The notes under the pieces are model-generated. The model made no database searches and had not been told where the DNA came from. It worked only from the letters and a program-made list of their open reading frames with translations. The position numbers and the translations under genes were made by a program. Shown one piece after another: positions 23,359-37,793 of a stretch of 64,000 nt of DNA; position 1 is the first letter of the stretch; every line of letters begins with the position of its first letter. Source of the stretch: Psilocybe cubensis (taxonomy: Eukaryota); assembly GCA_017499595.2 (NCBI GenBank), contig CM039009.1, positions 186,001-250,000 of the forward strand, given 5' to 3'.

Positions 23359-24603
23359 TCGTCGTTACAGGCTTGATCAATTTTAGCTTGATAATCCAGG
23401 GGAATGGATACAAAATAGGACATACCGCCCAAGACGTCCCCAAAATCGTATTTGTACTGTACATGTGTGGGAGTACCGCTCCACTCTGTCCTCCTAATTG
23501 GCCTGTGGATTCGACTTTATGCGAGGAATACATGCTTCTGGTATTCGTTTGGCTTGATGAAGTCACGGTGAGAACATACTCGTCCGAAGAAACGTTGTCT
23601 TCGGAGATAGGCAACACGTAGTTAGTGGCTTTAAGCCTAGTCAGAGGGAAGGGGAACGAGATGATGGTGGTAGGTGTTAATGGAATCAAACCTCCAGGAT
23701 TAGAAACTGAGGATGTGGCGGTCTTCAAAAGAGTATGAAAACATGACATCGATAAGAAATAGGGGCAACATGAAGATGGTTCAGGTCCCTTACCTGGATA
23801 GAGGTAATTGTGGGAACGATAGCAGTAAGATTTTGTTGCTGGGAGACTGCTATAACATTGGAGCCTGTGGCTACATGGGTGACACTGTTGGTACCAAATG
23901 GTGTGTTTGTAGCGTTCAGAAAAGTCATGTCAGATGTGGCTGTTAGGCCCATGTTAGCTACTACAATTGTATGGTGTAAAAAGCGAAGATACTAAGGATG
24001 CTAAGACTGTGCCATTTGTTGTTGCAATACCTTGTTTTAAGAACAACCAGCAGTCGCTAGCGGTTGCCCAACTTGTCCGAGGCCGACCAACGATGCATCC
24101 AAACAACTTACAGTGTTACCGATGAGTCTTATTACCGAAGAAGATCTTGTTGTAGCAAAAATTAAAGCATTGCAAATCCGAAATATTAATCGTGCTCAAA
24201 TTGGAAGAACTTCAAACAAGTAAAGTCTGAGGCTGTGATCTGCTTATTAAACTCCAAGATTAGCGCCTACTATTTCTCAAGGAAACCTACTGAACTTCCA
24301 CTAATAGCCTTGTTCATATAACGGCCCTATTTGATACATGTTTTAAAGTGCTGGAATTCGAGTGGGTCCTGACCTGCCCTGTGGTTATGGCAGATGTGCA
24401 AGTTGATATATAATTGAAACGGATTGCCCTTGAGGGGGTCGCTTGACAACGGGGCTCAAGGGGCCGGTCGAATTGATCGACATGCATCCGCAGCGTTTGA
24501 TGTCTGGCGAATGTAAAAAAATACAACTATCAAAACCTACTTCCCGCAAATTTTGAAGATCCTTAGTTCTTCTCCTAAAACCCCTCAGAGCTATGACCAT
24601 GCT

Positions 24604-26404
24604 CTACCGATGCCGGATTTTTGAACCTAATGCTTTCTGGCTAATTTGACCGCTTGTAAATTTGGAGATGATAAAGGTAAAGTATTGACCAACTTACAGC
24701 AGAATTTGACCTCGGGTTGGCGCTTCGTACTGATGAAGATGCGCTAAGACTTAAACTATCAGGAGCGGAGTCCAGCATAGACAGGACAGTCAAGAAGTGG
24801 ACTGATACTGTGAGGTGAGAATAAAGCGCAAATAACGAGCTGTAAGAAAAGAGAAAGTAGAACTACGGAACTGTTAATTAGTCGTGAAATAAGTCGTGGG
24901 TAGCCGTTCGGATGCACCATTATGATATTCGACAATGAAACCACTACGTTCCAAAGGCCGGTATTTAGCCATAGCAACACAATTCTTGCCAATGCGGGAA
25001 CTCTGCTTCTTTGGAAGTCAGTCATTTTTACGGCGAATTCCCAAACGTTCGAACCTGTTCTTCCGAGTGATAGATAAAAAAAATTGATGCCATGATAATA
25101 TAAGGAGTCCAGCGCAGATGCAGGAGTTCAGGATTGCATTCACGAACAAAGCTGAGAGCACGAGATCCTGAACCATATTTGATTATTTTTATAGTCATAT
25201 AGGAAATCATGGAGCTTGCCTTCCGGTAATAGTTCCAGATTGCTGTAGATCTGGATAACCAATTAGTCTGCGACATACAACAGGGGGTAAATGGCTACAT
25301 ACGGCGACATAATGGACCCTTTCAGGAATCAATTACAATTAGTGTCATTGCCCTGAATTAAGTTCAATTTCACTTGAACACCTCACCGATCGATATAGCT
25401 TGAACGATTGTGTTAGCATAACTGTGAAGTTTGATTGGGATGATACACGCACCTACTGGAAACAAAATGGGAGGTACCTAACGAGAAACACAGAATTATG
25501 AGAATAACGCAGTAAGGTTTTGGTCATAATCTGTCGTACTGCTAGAACGGGAATCAAGAGCAATTCCCCCGACCCTGGAACGAGATGTTTAGCAGAAACA
25601 GCGGAAAGTAAAGGGGACAAATCGACATGCCCTTCCATATTCGATGAACGCAAAAAGATTGGGAAGATGCCGCCACTAGGCTCGAGATCAGATTAATCAC
25701 ATTCTTGAAGGGTTCATTAGCCATTAATTAATCAGGTAGAATAGGCAACCATTTACCGTAAGTACGGTGGCACTATTTGATGTAAAATGTGTGCATGAGT
25801 CATATTTTAAACGAATGAGTACCATACTGTGCAGTAGAGTCTGGATAGATGAAACCCCAAAGAATATAATCCGTTTTCACTATAATTCACATTTAAATGC
25901 TTATTAATCAATAATATTCATTAAAGTGATACCTTGAGCAGTGGTTAGACCTTGCAAGGTCGTGGTGGAGACCCTAGACACTCTGTAAGAGGACAATAAC
26001 TGTAGTTTGTTTACACACGTACCAAAGCCAAGAAACCTAAGTACAGTTTGACATTAGACAATATGGCCCACGTAATTAGAAACCTACCAGTAATTTTATT
26101 TGAATAGAATGACTTGACCTACATCAGCGTCAAAAAAGGAAAGCCTATAGAACTAAGACTTAAGACCAACGTGAAAGCGAACATAACACTGGAATGTAGA
26201 TCAAGATGATAATCCTATAAAAGAGTCGTAAGAAACTGACCTATTACACGTATTTGCACCTGCAAGATATGAGTTAACATATGGACTTTGCTGCAGAAAA
26301 ACGTACACGTTACCCCATATTGCTGTGGCCAAGTTGAAAGCTATAAGGTCGACGGAGTTGAGTTTCTTGAACGCTATCGAGTCAGGTGAGTATGGCGAGG
26401 CCAT
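24604..26404 (-). CDS. Divergent DUF6534-like polytopic membrane protein, multi-exon (3' end approximate)
   Basis: Exon 1 MASPYSPDSIAFKKLNSVDLIAFNLATAIWG ends in WG|GT like its neighbours. Later exons RVPALARIVLLWLNTGLWNVVVSL and HFLTVLSMLDS parallel the NTG and YFxTVxANxN motifs. Confidence 0.55.
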
Positions 26405-27516
26405 ATAACCGATATGACTCGGGGTCTTGGGTTGCGAAGGTCAATGAGTTAGGTACCTAACCTCACACCTGTTGTTGCCGCTGGTCAACGTTTCAACGTT
26501 CAACTTTTACTATCGCTGATATCGTTGCCCCGGAAAATTTCGATTTGCGGGAAAGGAGGAAGTCGATGCACATGCGTGGAAATTTATATGAGATAGTCCA
26601 CCATCAAGCCGTCAAAGGCTCTCCATTACAGTGACCCCTGAGCCTGAGTGACTCTCAGTGTCGAGAACATGAGGCGATGACAGGGGAACGGCTTGCATCA
26701 ATCATCACATAACCTGGCATCTCAGAATCGCGTTGTCAAAAGTTGAAACTCGACATTCCAAATTTTGATTTGATGCTATTTGGCTTTGCTGGTCTAAACT
26801 GTCAGAACATAATATGTAATCTCAGCTTTAGACAGTTCAGATTTGCGAAGCGCCGCGATGCTCAGGATCTATACAGTTAGCCTATCATTTATAAGTTCTC
26901 GAGGGGAGCTGTGGCAGTGGGGTAGAAGAATTGATATTAGGCACTTTTTTTTAAAAAAAAGTGCACTGGCACCACGGTCAGGCTCAAACCCAGCTCAGCA
27001 CTTCGGCAACATGTTTTGCACAATATTTGTCATCCATCGGCAGGTTTGCCGAGTGATAGCCGGTACTGTCATCTATTTCTCAGCCGGGGCAAAGCCGGGG
27101 TTCTCGACGCGTACACCCAAATCCAACACGCCGGATCCAAATAATCCAACTTCGATCCAACCTTATCCAACATTGAACACAAATTTATACATTCATGTGG
27201 ATACTTCTGACTGACTTGAAACCATTTGCGCTTAACTTGTACACGCACGAGCAGCCTTTCCGAGGCCTGACGGATGGCCGACATCTCCGACTTGAAGTCG
27301 GGTTTTGGATGCGCAAGCAGGGCCTACCCTGACGAAATCAATAGAGGAGCCACTGACGACGCGCATCAAAGTTGAAATCAAGTCTCCATTACAACTAACT
27401 GGTATCAAGTGGTCTTTGAAACCAACACCTATTGCGCCTCAAATTAGCCTCCCGAGACTCAAGATATTACTAGCGCAGCCATTGCCTTCTTGCACTATTC
27501 AATTTACTCTCTCGTT

Positions 27517-29504
27517 ATGCTTCTGAAAAGGGCCTCCACAGTCCACTTCCTCGGTAATCTCGCCGTGCTAGGTTCTTCTACATTCTGGGGTGAGTGGTAC
27601 ATTCCCTTTGCCAGAACAGGTCGATGAATACACAAGTTCAGGGATTGGAATATCACAAGCGTGAGCTTTTCTTATTCATTTTAATTCATGCAAGAGTGGC
27701 TGACTCCAGATGTAGTTTTCGTTACGTCCTCAGGTTTGGTTTCGGGTAGTTGACTGTTAATTGGTTCTCAAACTGGCGTTGTGAGTAGTGACCACAAGGA
27801 AAGACTCCGTATAACTATTTTGGTATGTCTTTGTACAGGCCCTTTTCGACGCCTTTAAACATTTGCTCAGGTAATGATGCTATGGTACGCCTAATCGAAT
27901 GCACCACTGCCAAACTTAACATAAACGATCTAGTGTCATGGATAGCCTCAGACAGGCATTCACTATCTACTCGGGTAGCCTCCTTAGTGATCCAGCATTC
28001 CTTGATGTAGTACTGACATGAGAGACAGAGCTTACGCTGTACTTTAACACAATTGCGTATTTCTCACATACGACATTGCCGGCGTGAGTATCGGGGAGAT
28101 TGCTGACACTTTAATTATACTCAAGATATGAATGGAAAACAGAGCTATCATCGTGAGTATGCATCTACAGAAATAAGACCCAGTACTGATTATCATTTAA
28201 AGCTGCCTTACCTTTTTTCTGTAAGTCGTTCTGGAATCTTTCAGTGCGCTTCGGACCGAGCTTCAAGTTTTTTAGGCCCTCGTAGTAATCATGGCACAAC
28301 TTTTTTTCACCTACAGGATTTATATTTGTATGTATTTCATTACAGCCATCAGTCTTGACACTGCTCACCCATGATGAATCAGTGTCCAAGCAAAAGACCC
28401 TTATTCCTATCGTGGCGGTAGGTCAACCACGCTCTACTGTAACGTCACAATCATTTCATGGGCTACATATGTTGTCCGATCAGATCCCCCCTATTCTGTT
28501 TCAACTATGTAAGAAAAAATCAAGGTGAAATAACCCTGCCAATAACCAATTTATCTAGGTATTGCGCCAAGTAGGTCATATAGACCTCTATGATAGAACA
28601 TGCTCACTATGAGTTGAAGTCTTCTTCAGCTCCGTATCGTGAGTCAAACAAGGGCGCTTTCCTCACAGCAATCAATAACAATTTCTTTTTACATAGATCC
28701 AATTATATTTCAATCGCGACTCAAAAGGCATGCGTACTGCGAGCGGATCTCGCATTTAACAATCTATCAAATTCTAATAACTTTTTAGAACGTCCTTGCT
28801 GCCACTCTGGCAACTGGAGTAGTAATTGATATTGCACTGACAATAGGCCTAAGTGCCTTGCTATGGAAGGAATACATGAGGGGGACGTTCATGCTAAAAT
28901 CGTACGTGGACTTGTGGTATAACTTGGCACGCGAAATTAATCCTGGAGCTCAAAATAGTACAAGGAGAATGCTTCAACGGCAAATTCTGTTTTCAGTCAA
29001 CACTGGAATGTGGACAGCACTTGCTGCGCTTGTTGTTTTCATAATTGTAAGTATGTCAATTGAACTCGGATTATGGAGATTTAATATCGACATGTCTGCA
29101 TCCAGTTTATGAAGACAGGGCCCGACGATTTTATGGTGTACGGATATTTCCATATCATGTCACCAATTTATTTCGTGACTGTGCTGGCTAACATCAACGC
29201 TCGCCCTTATCTACGGAGTCAAGTCTCATATTCTATTCCTTCAGCCATAGGCACCATTCCAGGACCGATCAAATTTGCAGAGGTGGGCCGTTTGGCGTTT
29301 TGAACAATATTTTGACGATATAAATTGACGATCTGAGGTCAGAATGAAGAAATTAATCATGAATCCCAGTGCTGTTCTGGAGGATATCGGAATCCTTTGG
29401 ACACGTCTCGAAGTTTTGTCTCCCAGTCCGAGAGATCAAATACTATCCTCGCGGCAGAGTCGGTATCTAATACAGATACAGAGCTTGTAAAATGCGCTCC
29501 ATGA
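27517..29504 (+). CDS. DUF6534-like polytopic membrane protein, many micro-exons
   Basis: MLLKRASTVHFLGNLAVLGSSTFWG|, RMLQRQILFSVNTGMWTALAAL, YFHIMSPIYFVTVLANINARPYLR. Confidence 0.7.
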
Positions 29505-29899
29505 AGATATTGCCCCACCTATACCCGCTTTACCTGATCCAGGACTGCTCTAAGGTCAGCTAGATGTATATACACAAGGGTCATATGAGTTTGTCCGGAT
29601 TCTGTTTATGTAGTTTACAGTATCAAGTACAACAAAGGAATGCAGTAATGAAAGAGAATGAAGAATTTAAAGATCGACTCCACTACCGTAAGAAGTGTGA
29701 TATAGTTGGTTCGTCCGTGTTGTGATAAATGTTCGTTAAGTTGTTCGGGTCTTCAAGGTGCTGGGTTAGTGACGTAGAATATCTGGAACGCGGAATGAGT
29801 CAACGTGGGCCCCGTCAATAAATCTCGGCGTTTGAATGTCTTGAAGACCATCGTTAAGTCGTATAGAAATATGGGATCTTCGTCTAAGAAGTTACGTTC

Positions 29900-30891
29900 T
29901 CAGCTGATATATTTAAATTTCGAGGAGCCTATGTCGTACCTTCTTCGCCGTAGAATGGAGAATGCACCCGCAATAGAAACCATTGATAAAACGAAGTAAA
30001 GAGTGGTTGACAGTAAAATTATTGTCAAGGGCTCTTGACCAAATGGACTCTGTACTTCACGTTGCATATTCTGTGGAAACGCACTGATGTAGTCCATTTT
30101 CGTCAGAATAAAGAACGAGGTAATCCGTCCCATTTTCATGGAGTCTCACCTTGGGCTGAAGGCCGCTAGAGGATCGAAGGTAATTGATGACATCGGCTGA
30201 CTTTCAACAAGAACGGAAGTTGGTGTTATACTGGAAGGTATGCTAAACGCCTGATTCGGAAGCACGCTGAAGGTTTTCCCGCCGGCAGTGATGCACGAGT
30301 CGGTGCCCTGGCAGATGGACACAACGACCACTGTTTCCTGTGCAGATAATGGGAGAGTTCCTGTAAACTCTGGCGGCACTGGTATATCTGTCACGGGGAA
30401 CGAGCCTTTATTCTGCGATTGTTGAGATGAGGCATTGGTATCAGAGTTCGACGTTGAATCTGGAGAGTCGTGGGGACCCTCCTCAGGTGTAGCCTGGATG
30501 GGATTTAAGCTTGAGGAGTGTATTTGCATTGCTTTGAACTTACCGAGCTACCAGAATGTGGAATAGGATGAGGTGATTCCTGTTCAGGCGTGGAGGGTGG
30601 TCCTCCATCTACAGGTTGTGCAGGAGGACGAAAGGTCAAGGGAGATGGTGAAGGTGGTGCAGGAGCGGGGGTAGGCTTTGGCGCCTGGGTCGGTGTGTCC
30701 TGTCCGATATTTGTGGTTGGCGTAGGTTTAAAATCACCAAGGCTAGGTGGAGGTGCCAAATTTCCGCCACCACCACCATCACTGGGACGGAATATAATTT
30801 TGTCATCGACAAAAGAATGTGTGTGAGTTGGGGACGGCAATGATGTTGCCCTGCCAGACCCTTCTGTTAGACGTAGAGCCTGGCTGGCCAT
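29900..30891 (-). CDS. Pro/Ser/Thr-rich protein with a single C-terminal transmembrane helix, 3 exons
   Basis: The 138-, 127- and 79-aa ORFs join via GTAAGT..CCAG (~30495-30543) and GTGAGA..TCAG introns. TM segment LTIILLSTTLYFVLSMVSIAGAFSIL is followed by RRRR. Confidence 0.55.
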
Positions 30892-31757
30892 GTAATGGGA
30901 TATATGGGAGGTATAAGTCAACCATGGTTCTGTGTTAAGAATAATTTACTTTTGCTATCTCACGGACTGCCTCAGTACATCGGTCCAGCAATCCATCTGT
31001 CAATCTCCGAATGAAAGACTGCGTGCAGAGCCATGCGTTCAAACCACTCCATCAGAAGCTCAGATAGTAAAAGAAATGTCCCGCCTCTTTCAGAAGAATT
31101 GTGGTTCTTGTATTTATTGGGTAGGTGGGTCAAATTTGTCATTACCACTTCAGGTTCTCGTTTCAATTAAAAGGCATTGTCGGTATTGACTTGAGCGTGA
31201 ATGGCAGATGTTCATCTCGTATGTACCTCAAAGAACATAATCAAACATGATGGGGTTGCTTTGTTTTCTCGAGAGAACGGCAAGGAGGATGGCCGACGCC
31301 TCTGAGACTTGCTATAGTCCGACTCGAGATTTGCTGCCTTGGCTTTTTCTTGGGTCCGGCCTCTTCTTCCTATTTTTATCCCTTGCTTTAAAAATAGACA
31401 TCAGTATTTCCCGCTACTATCTCGAAGAATGCAATTCCAAAAGCCAATGTCATTTTGAAGTCTTCAATTATTGAATCCTCATGGTTTTGAATCTTATATC
31501 GTACTAGATGAAGTGATATTTGGTCATATGCATGTGAGACATGAGAGTAGAGAAGTAAAGATTTCAATGACATTTTGTTCCTGATGGCGATGCGAAATCA
31601 GGATCAAGTATCGGTATGACATCTAGCAGGTTCTTCTGGGAGCATGAGAGTCTATTGAGCTTCGGTGTCATATACCTTGCCATTACAAATCCACCTTTGT
31701 CTCTTCTTTGAGCAGGATTTTCCTAGTTGTACAACACATCCCCCAGCTAGATTCATC

Positions 31758-33782
31758 ATGGAGACTCAGCGGCTCAGCAACAGCGCCGCAGCGCGCTTGG
31801 ACATTGTCAGTGACTTGTCACTGCTTGGATCTGTAGCCCTATGGGGTGAGTATGTCTGTTGTTTTTGTATCCTCATGCTTACGTTGTGCGTTTCACTTCT
31901 CCAGGCGTAGGTATATCACAGACGTGAGTATTGACAATGGTCTTTTATCAAGAGTTCATCTAACTCTGAACTATTAGATTTAGGTTCTGTATCAAGTATG
32001 ATTGATTTCACTTCGATGCACAATAATGTCTTCATTGCGGGTTGCACAGGGCAGGCAGAGAGCCAAAGGCACTCAAGATATTTGTACGTTTCACTGAAGT
32101 CCCTCTTTTTGCTTCCCTAATCAGCTCGTTGATCAGGTATCCTGGCTGTGGTATTAATGTTCATTGCCACATTCACGACAACAATTTTCTTATTTAATTT
32201 ACGAAGCATTTCCGACACATTACGCCAGATATTCACCATCTACACAGGTACCAGTTCAAATTGATGGAATTGATAAGTGGACCTCTGAATTCCCATAGGC
32301 ATAACCCTGTTCTTCGATACAGAGTTACTTTTTAAAAATTCTGTATCCTCGGGGTAAATCTAAAAATTCCAGAAAGCAATTTCATTACTCAACACAGAGA
32401 TGCTGTTGTTTGCAGATATGTGCTTGTAAATATTGACAAATCCCACTTCTTAACCCTGTTCTGATACACATTTTAGATGCCTTATTTATGTACGGTGGGT
32501 ATAACCTCATCTCATAGACACGCTAGCTTATCATGGACCGAACTTAAGGCCCTCGTTGCCGGATCAGCACAGTCATTTTTTGCGTATAGGCTTTGGATTG
32601 GTATTGCCCCTCCGTGATCCAGAATAACCCAAAGTAACTCATTTCGCACCCCAACAATAGTGTCCAATTTCAAATGGATCATTCCCGCGACGGTGGTACG
32701 CATGTTATAGCCTGGTCCGATTGTTCACTAAGGATCGTTTAGGCGCCAGCCGTGCTTCTTCAATTGTGTGGGTGGTAATAAACAAACTAATGTATGACCT
32801 TGACATTTATATATTCTGCAGTAATTCCTCCTAGTACGTCTAATATTTGCTGAAAGCACTGATCTTTTGTCAATCTTTCTCAGTATTTTTTAGAGCCATC
32901 ACGTAGGACATTACATGACCTCCGCACTATCTCAGCAACTGACACATATTTAAGATCGGACGCAATATCTAGCGATACTCAAAAGGAATGTGCTAGGTAT
33001 TCATAACGGAAGTGATTAAAATCTCATTTTTAGGACCAATAGGATCTTTTGATTATATCTCTAGTAGTCGGAGCGATCACAGACATATTGCTGTCTGCAG
33101 GACTCTGTTCGCTATTGTGGGGACATTTTGTTACGACTAGCTCGGTTCTGAGACCGTGAGCAATCATCCATTCATACCCTACCTTAACAATAATTCAATC
33201 GCTCCAGAACAAAGGCAATGCTTCAGCGACTAATGGTTTTCTCGATCAATACTGGAATATGGACGGCTCTCCTAGCAACTTCAATTGTGGTGGTGGTATG
33301 CCTGATCCCTTCATCTCACAGATATGCGACTGACGTCAATTTAACAAAGTTCTTCCGTACAATCACCACCGACTTTATGGTGTTTGGATACTTTCATCTG
33401 CTTTCCCCTCTCTACTTTACGACCGTCATGGCCAATCTAAATGTACGGCGATACCTTCACGTAACCGGAAACATCTCACTTTCAGGGCCGAGCACAAACA
33501 CGCATAGCGAGATGCAGTTCGCAACCGTATGTGCGACCCTTTCTCCAAGTACTTCTTCTACTGACACTCTCTGTATTTTATAAACATATTTAGGTCGAAC
33601 TTGATGAGGTTTTTGACCATGATGAATACAGGAATACGTCTTCCTTGCATCCTCGGAGGTCACCGTGGCACATGACGGCCAGTAATCCTTCCTCGGAAGC
33701 ATTGAATCCCTATATTATTGAATCTGAAGGAGAGAACGTTGACGACGTGAAAGAAGGTCCTTACTCAGTGGTAGCCATGTGA
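31758..33782 (+). CDS. DUF6534-like polytopic membrane protein, paralog of 27517-29504
   Basis: METQRLSNSAAARLDIVSDLSLLGSVALWG|, MLQRLMVFSINTGIWTALLAT, FGYFHLLSPLYFTTVMANLNVRRYL. Confidence 0.7.
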
Positions 33783-34013
33783 TTGCCAGTCCATGGCATC
33801 GACTCGAAAGCAGATATGCAATCCAATCTGGCATCCCATTTCAACAACTTCGCAGCGCGAAATGCTCTTAAATATCTTGTTGCATCAATACAGGCGTTGA
33901 ATTAACTTTATTATGCCCAGGCGCAAATGGAATAACTATAATACATGGTGAAAATTACCACATTCCATCACTTTAGACTCTAGGATCGTTGACATTAGTA
34001 ACACATGTCGCAG

Positions 34014-35921
34014 TCATGGTGTTGAAAATGTGTGTTGGAGGGTATTATCTTCTTTGGTGGTGGAAAATGTGCTCTGCATATGCATGGGGAAGACAATAGG
34101 TGTCCTTCCAACATCACAGTCAGTAGAGTCTGCTCGATCCCTCCTGCTAAGAGAATGGCGGGCATTCAGCGACGCAAGAAGGGAGTTAACATATACTGTT
34201 GAAAAGGTAGAACATAATCAGACGTCTGTGATAGCTGTAGAAAAGTCTAATATTTACGTTTGCTCAAGGCGAAATATAATCCCATGAAGATGAAGCGCTG
34301 AGGCCATATGGCGTACTATTCTTAGACATGAGATTTCTGAGGTGAAAAGGAGGGTTTCCATGCATCGACTTACGGTTACGAGACAGGCAACGGCACAAAT
34401 GCTATAGGTTATGCATTAAATATTGATACAATAAGTAATGATGACCGAGTCCTACCTTGTCAAAAGCCCTATGTAGAAGGAACTGAGCTAATCACATCAG
34501 AACTCGCAAGGACCCAGATGACGTACCAGTATTAATACTGAAGGCCATCATTATTTTGAGAATTGAGTCCGTCCTGGAAGGCTTTTTCAGTAATAAAATC
34601 ATACATGACACAATATGGCCTACCGTTTGATCCCTGTACGGCTGTTAAATAAAAGTGCACATAGTGAAACTGCGACCAACGAGTCGGCAAATGCCGCGGC
34701 GGCAAAGCTGGTATAGAGAAGATACTACCAGAATAAACATCAAGGATATCTATGAGCACCGTAGCCAATACGCCCAAGAAAAGGGGAAGCTTACGGAAAC
34801 TTGATTCATTCGTTCAAATGTTACAAGGATGAACCTGTTCAAATCGTCAGATGGAAGTACTCTGAATTGAAGAAGAAAACGAACGCTCTGGAAGCGAAGC
34901 CTGCCTCGCAAAGTCTACAACATCAGTATCGTGCAAAGCAGAAGATATTAAAGCGTTGCTGACCCGTTCCGGTGGCTATAACATCCAGAGTCAATATTCA
35001 AAGGCCGGCTGTTCAATCAAGCACTCACCAAAGACAACAATAGAAAATATTATCTGTGGAATATAAGAATAGAACTATATTCATATCAATTTCAATACTC
35101 ACGATGATGACGGGAAGAACCACCCTCAAAATGGGTCGCCTTGGACCACATACTATAATGCCCATTAAACGCCTTTCACAGAAGTTAAATGTGAGGATAC
35201 TCACATGATGACACCCGCCTCGCAAACAAACTGTATTTTTGAGTCCCATCTGTCAACCAAAAACTTGGAGATGGTAATCGGGATTACCTTCTGACCATAA
35301 TGTCGCTCAAGTTCTAAGAATAAAAAAGACTCAGGCGGCCGATACACGACTACCATTGGGAGAATGTATACGAACCGTAACATACACCCCGGCCTGCATT
35401 TCCACCTGTAAGCGAGACGGTGAAGACTTTTTTGAAAGAACGTACCAAAATCGACCTTGTAAAAGCGAAGAGTAGAACATAAGAACATAGTGCATGTATT
35501 AGAAATGAGTGGATATACCAAGTTGGCGCTTCAAGCACTGAATATGTTCCAAAATTGGAGACAAGATAGAAATAAATTCCATGTGCAGTGAAAGCAACAT
35601 GCATTGTGTCTAATAGCCTACCACAGCTCACGTTAGCAAAGATGGGAGCCAACGAATAAAGTGACATACCACAGAAACAATATCTTCAAGTCGGTCAATG
35701 AGGAGTGTGCATGAAGAGTATCTCGAGTTACTCACAGCTGCTCTGAACCATCGCCCATCTTTATGTGTGCTGGAAAAGAAGATAAAGGTCTGCACACTGG
35801 TTACACCATAGAGTCTATAAAGCAAATGTTTAGCAGAGAGTCGGGTTATCCATAAACTAACGCACATGCAAGCCAGAAGACACCCAAGCAGAGCTGCACC
35901 AAGCGTACTATCGAGCTCCAT
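34014..35921 (-). CDS. DUF6534-like polytopic membrane protein
   Basis: MELDSTLGAALLGCLLACM / LYGVTSVQTFIFF / LLDTMHVAFTAHGIYFYLVSNFG / last exon YVNSLLASLNARHSL. Confidence 0.75.
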
Positions 35922-37793
35922 CTGGGACCCCTCTGTATTCCCCTCCAATGACTAAATAGTCACAATCCTCAACACGATGTCTCGATGTTCTCGATGGACG
36001 CAGATTTGTCTAACGCGAGTTGGGAAGTAAAGAGTCGAGTTGCCACGCGCAATGAACAAGAAGCTTTATCATACCCCGTCACTCCGAGCTTGCAACATTC
36101 CCCGAGGTTTGGTCAGTGTAGTCGGCCTCATCCGTACTGGCGATCATGCGGGGACCTGTCAACCTAGCGTTTAAAAATAGAATTTCCCTCTAGCTGAAGT
36201 GATAACCATCTTATGAGTGTGGTGGTGAAATCAATAAGTGGGGCATACTTCCGACCCCAAGTCTAAAGAATCATCTTTTCCAATCGGTGGTTATATTATG
36301 TGGAGAAACGATTGATTAGAGGTTGTATAGTGCTGATGTTACCACAAAGACACTATTGAACAAGACTTCCAAAGTCGGTATACTTGTTACATAACGTATG
36401 AGAACGTTGAAAGTTTTAGGGATTTGGGTCGGAGAATGAATAGGTCGAGAAAAATCAACTGCCCAAGCCGTTCGGCTTTAATAGCATCAATCAATGTCAA
36501 GTTGCTGTCATTGGCCAATCGATGTGTATATCAAAGCACGCATGATGTTGCCCCATTTTTCCTGCATTTTTCCCAGCAATGAGTCCTGACTGAAGTTAAC
36601 AACTGCAACTTTCTTGCAAGGTCAACACTTATTACAATTAGAATAGAAATCAGATCACGCGGAAATTCAAAAGTTCAGCGCAAAATTCAGCGGAGATTCA
36701 AATTACCGAACCAGAAATGGTTCGGCAGCAGCTTCTCACGCCAATTTTTCACGTGGGTTCTGCCCAGGCCTCGAGGACTTTGACTCTGGACTTTTCCTTG
36801 CCTCTTTGCTGAGCCAGTCTGCAAACCCTAGATGGGTGTCAGGATATGGCGTTTCTGTGCTTCTGCTGTACGTGCTTGAACCCTCTTGCACATCGAGCCA
36901 AGCCATGCTTATGACACAATATGCAACACCCGACATCGACGGTCACCGAGGGTCACTACATTCTATGTTCACACTACCAAACCCGCCGAAACGCCATATC
37001 ACCATGCTCCTAGGATTATGCACGTAGCCTGCACGTAGCTATGAACTTTGTGGTTGGATATTTTAATAGCTTCTTCGATTGGTAAAATGATGAACTGTCA
37101 CTCTTAGGTTGGGTAACGGTGGGGGAATGTTACCGGCTTCTAGTCCATGAAGCTTGTTTACACGTCATTTGGGAGTTGGAGACCTTGGCAGGAAATATCT
37201 GAAGGTACCATTGTTGAACGTTGACGCGGACGCTCCTCGGTTTATTGCTTGTCAAGGTGTCGCTTTTCGTTTCCAATATTTAACCCTCATTTACTAAAGT
37301 AATAACGCGCACTTTTTACGCTCCCGAGTCCCCGCGCTCGATTGATAGGCCAGATCCGACGGACTTCTCTAATATGTGCATGCTACAGGTAGAATGAACT
37401 TTCCTGTAAACATGGTTAGCGCATGTCGGAAGCGAAATCTTGACCGTGGTGCATATTCCTCCTAACTTGCGGTACCTATGTGCTCAGTAGTGCTGAGGGA
37501 AGCCCATCGAAGAAGCATATCCTTTCCTGGTAATGGTATCAGTCGGAGGTTAGGACCTTTGCCCCTTTCACGTTCTGGTTCTTGATTTACCACAATAGCA
37601 GGCTTTACAACTCATTTAATTTGAACGCACAGTTGATTCTAGAACCGAGAACAGAAGACCGTTTTGCAATGTAACCCGAATAGCAAAATGCCGAGGTGAT
37701 GTACTTAACGTTGTCGTAGTGGTATAAGAGAAGGAGGAGCGAAAACGAACATTTGGTTTTCCCATCCCGTTCAGTATCGGCAGCTACATTACC

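Noticed and set aside
27060-27330. Possible MITE with repeated ATCCAA motifs and a CCGACTT-G-AAGTCGG hairpin
   Set aside because: No convincing paired TIRs or TSD were found.
30505-30545. Frameshift between the 138-aa and 127-aa ORFs
   Set aside because: Explained by a canonical GTAAGT...CCAG intron.
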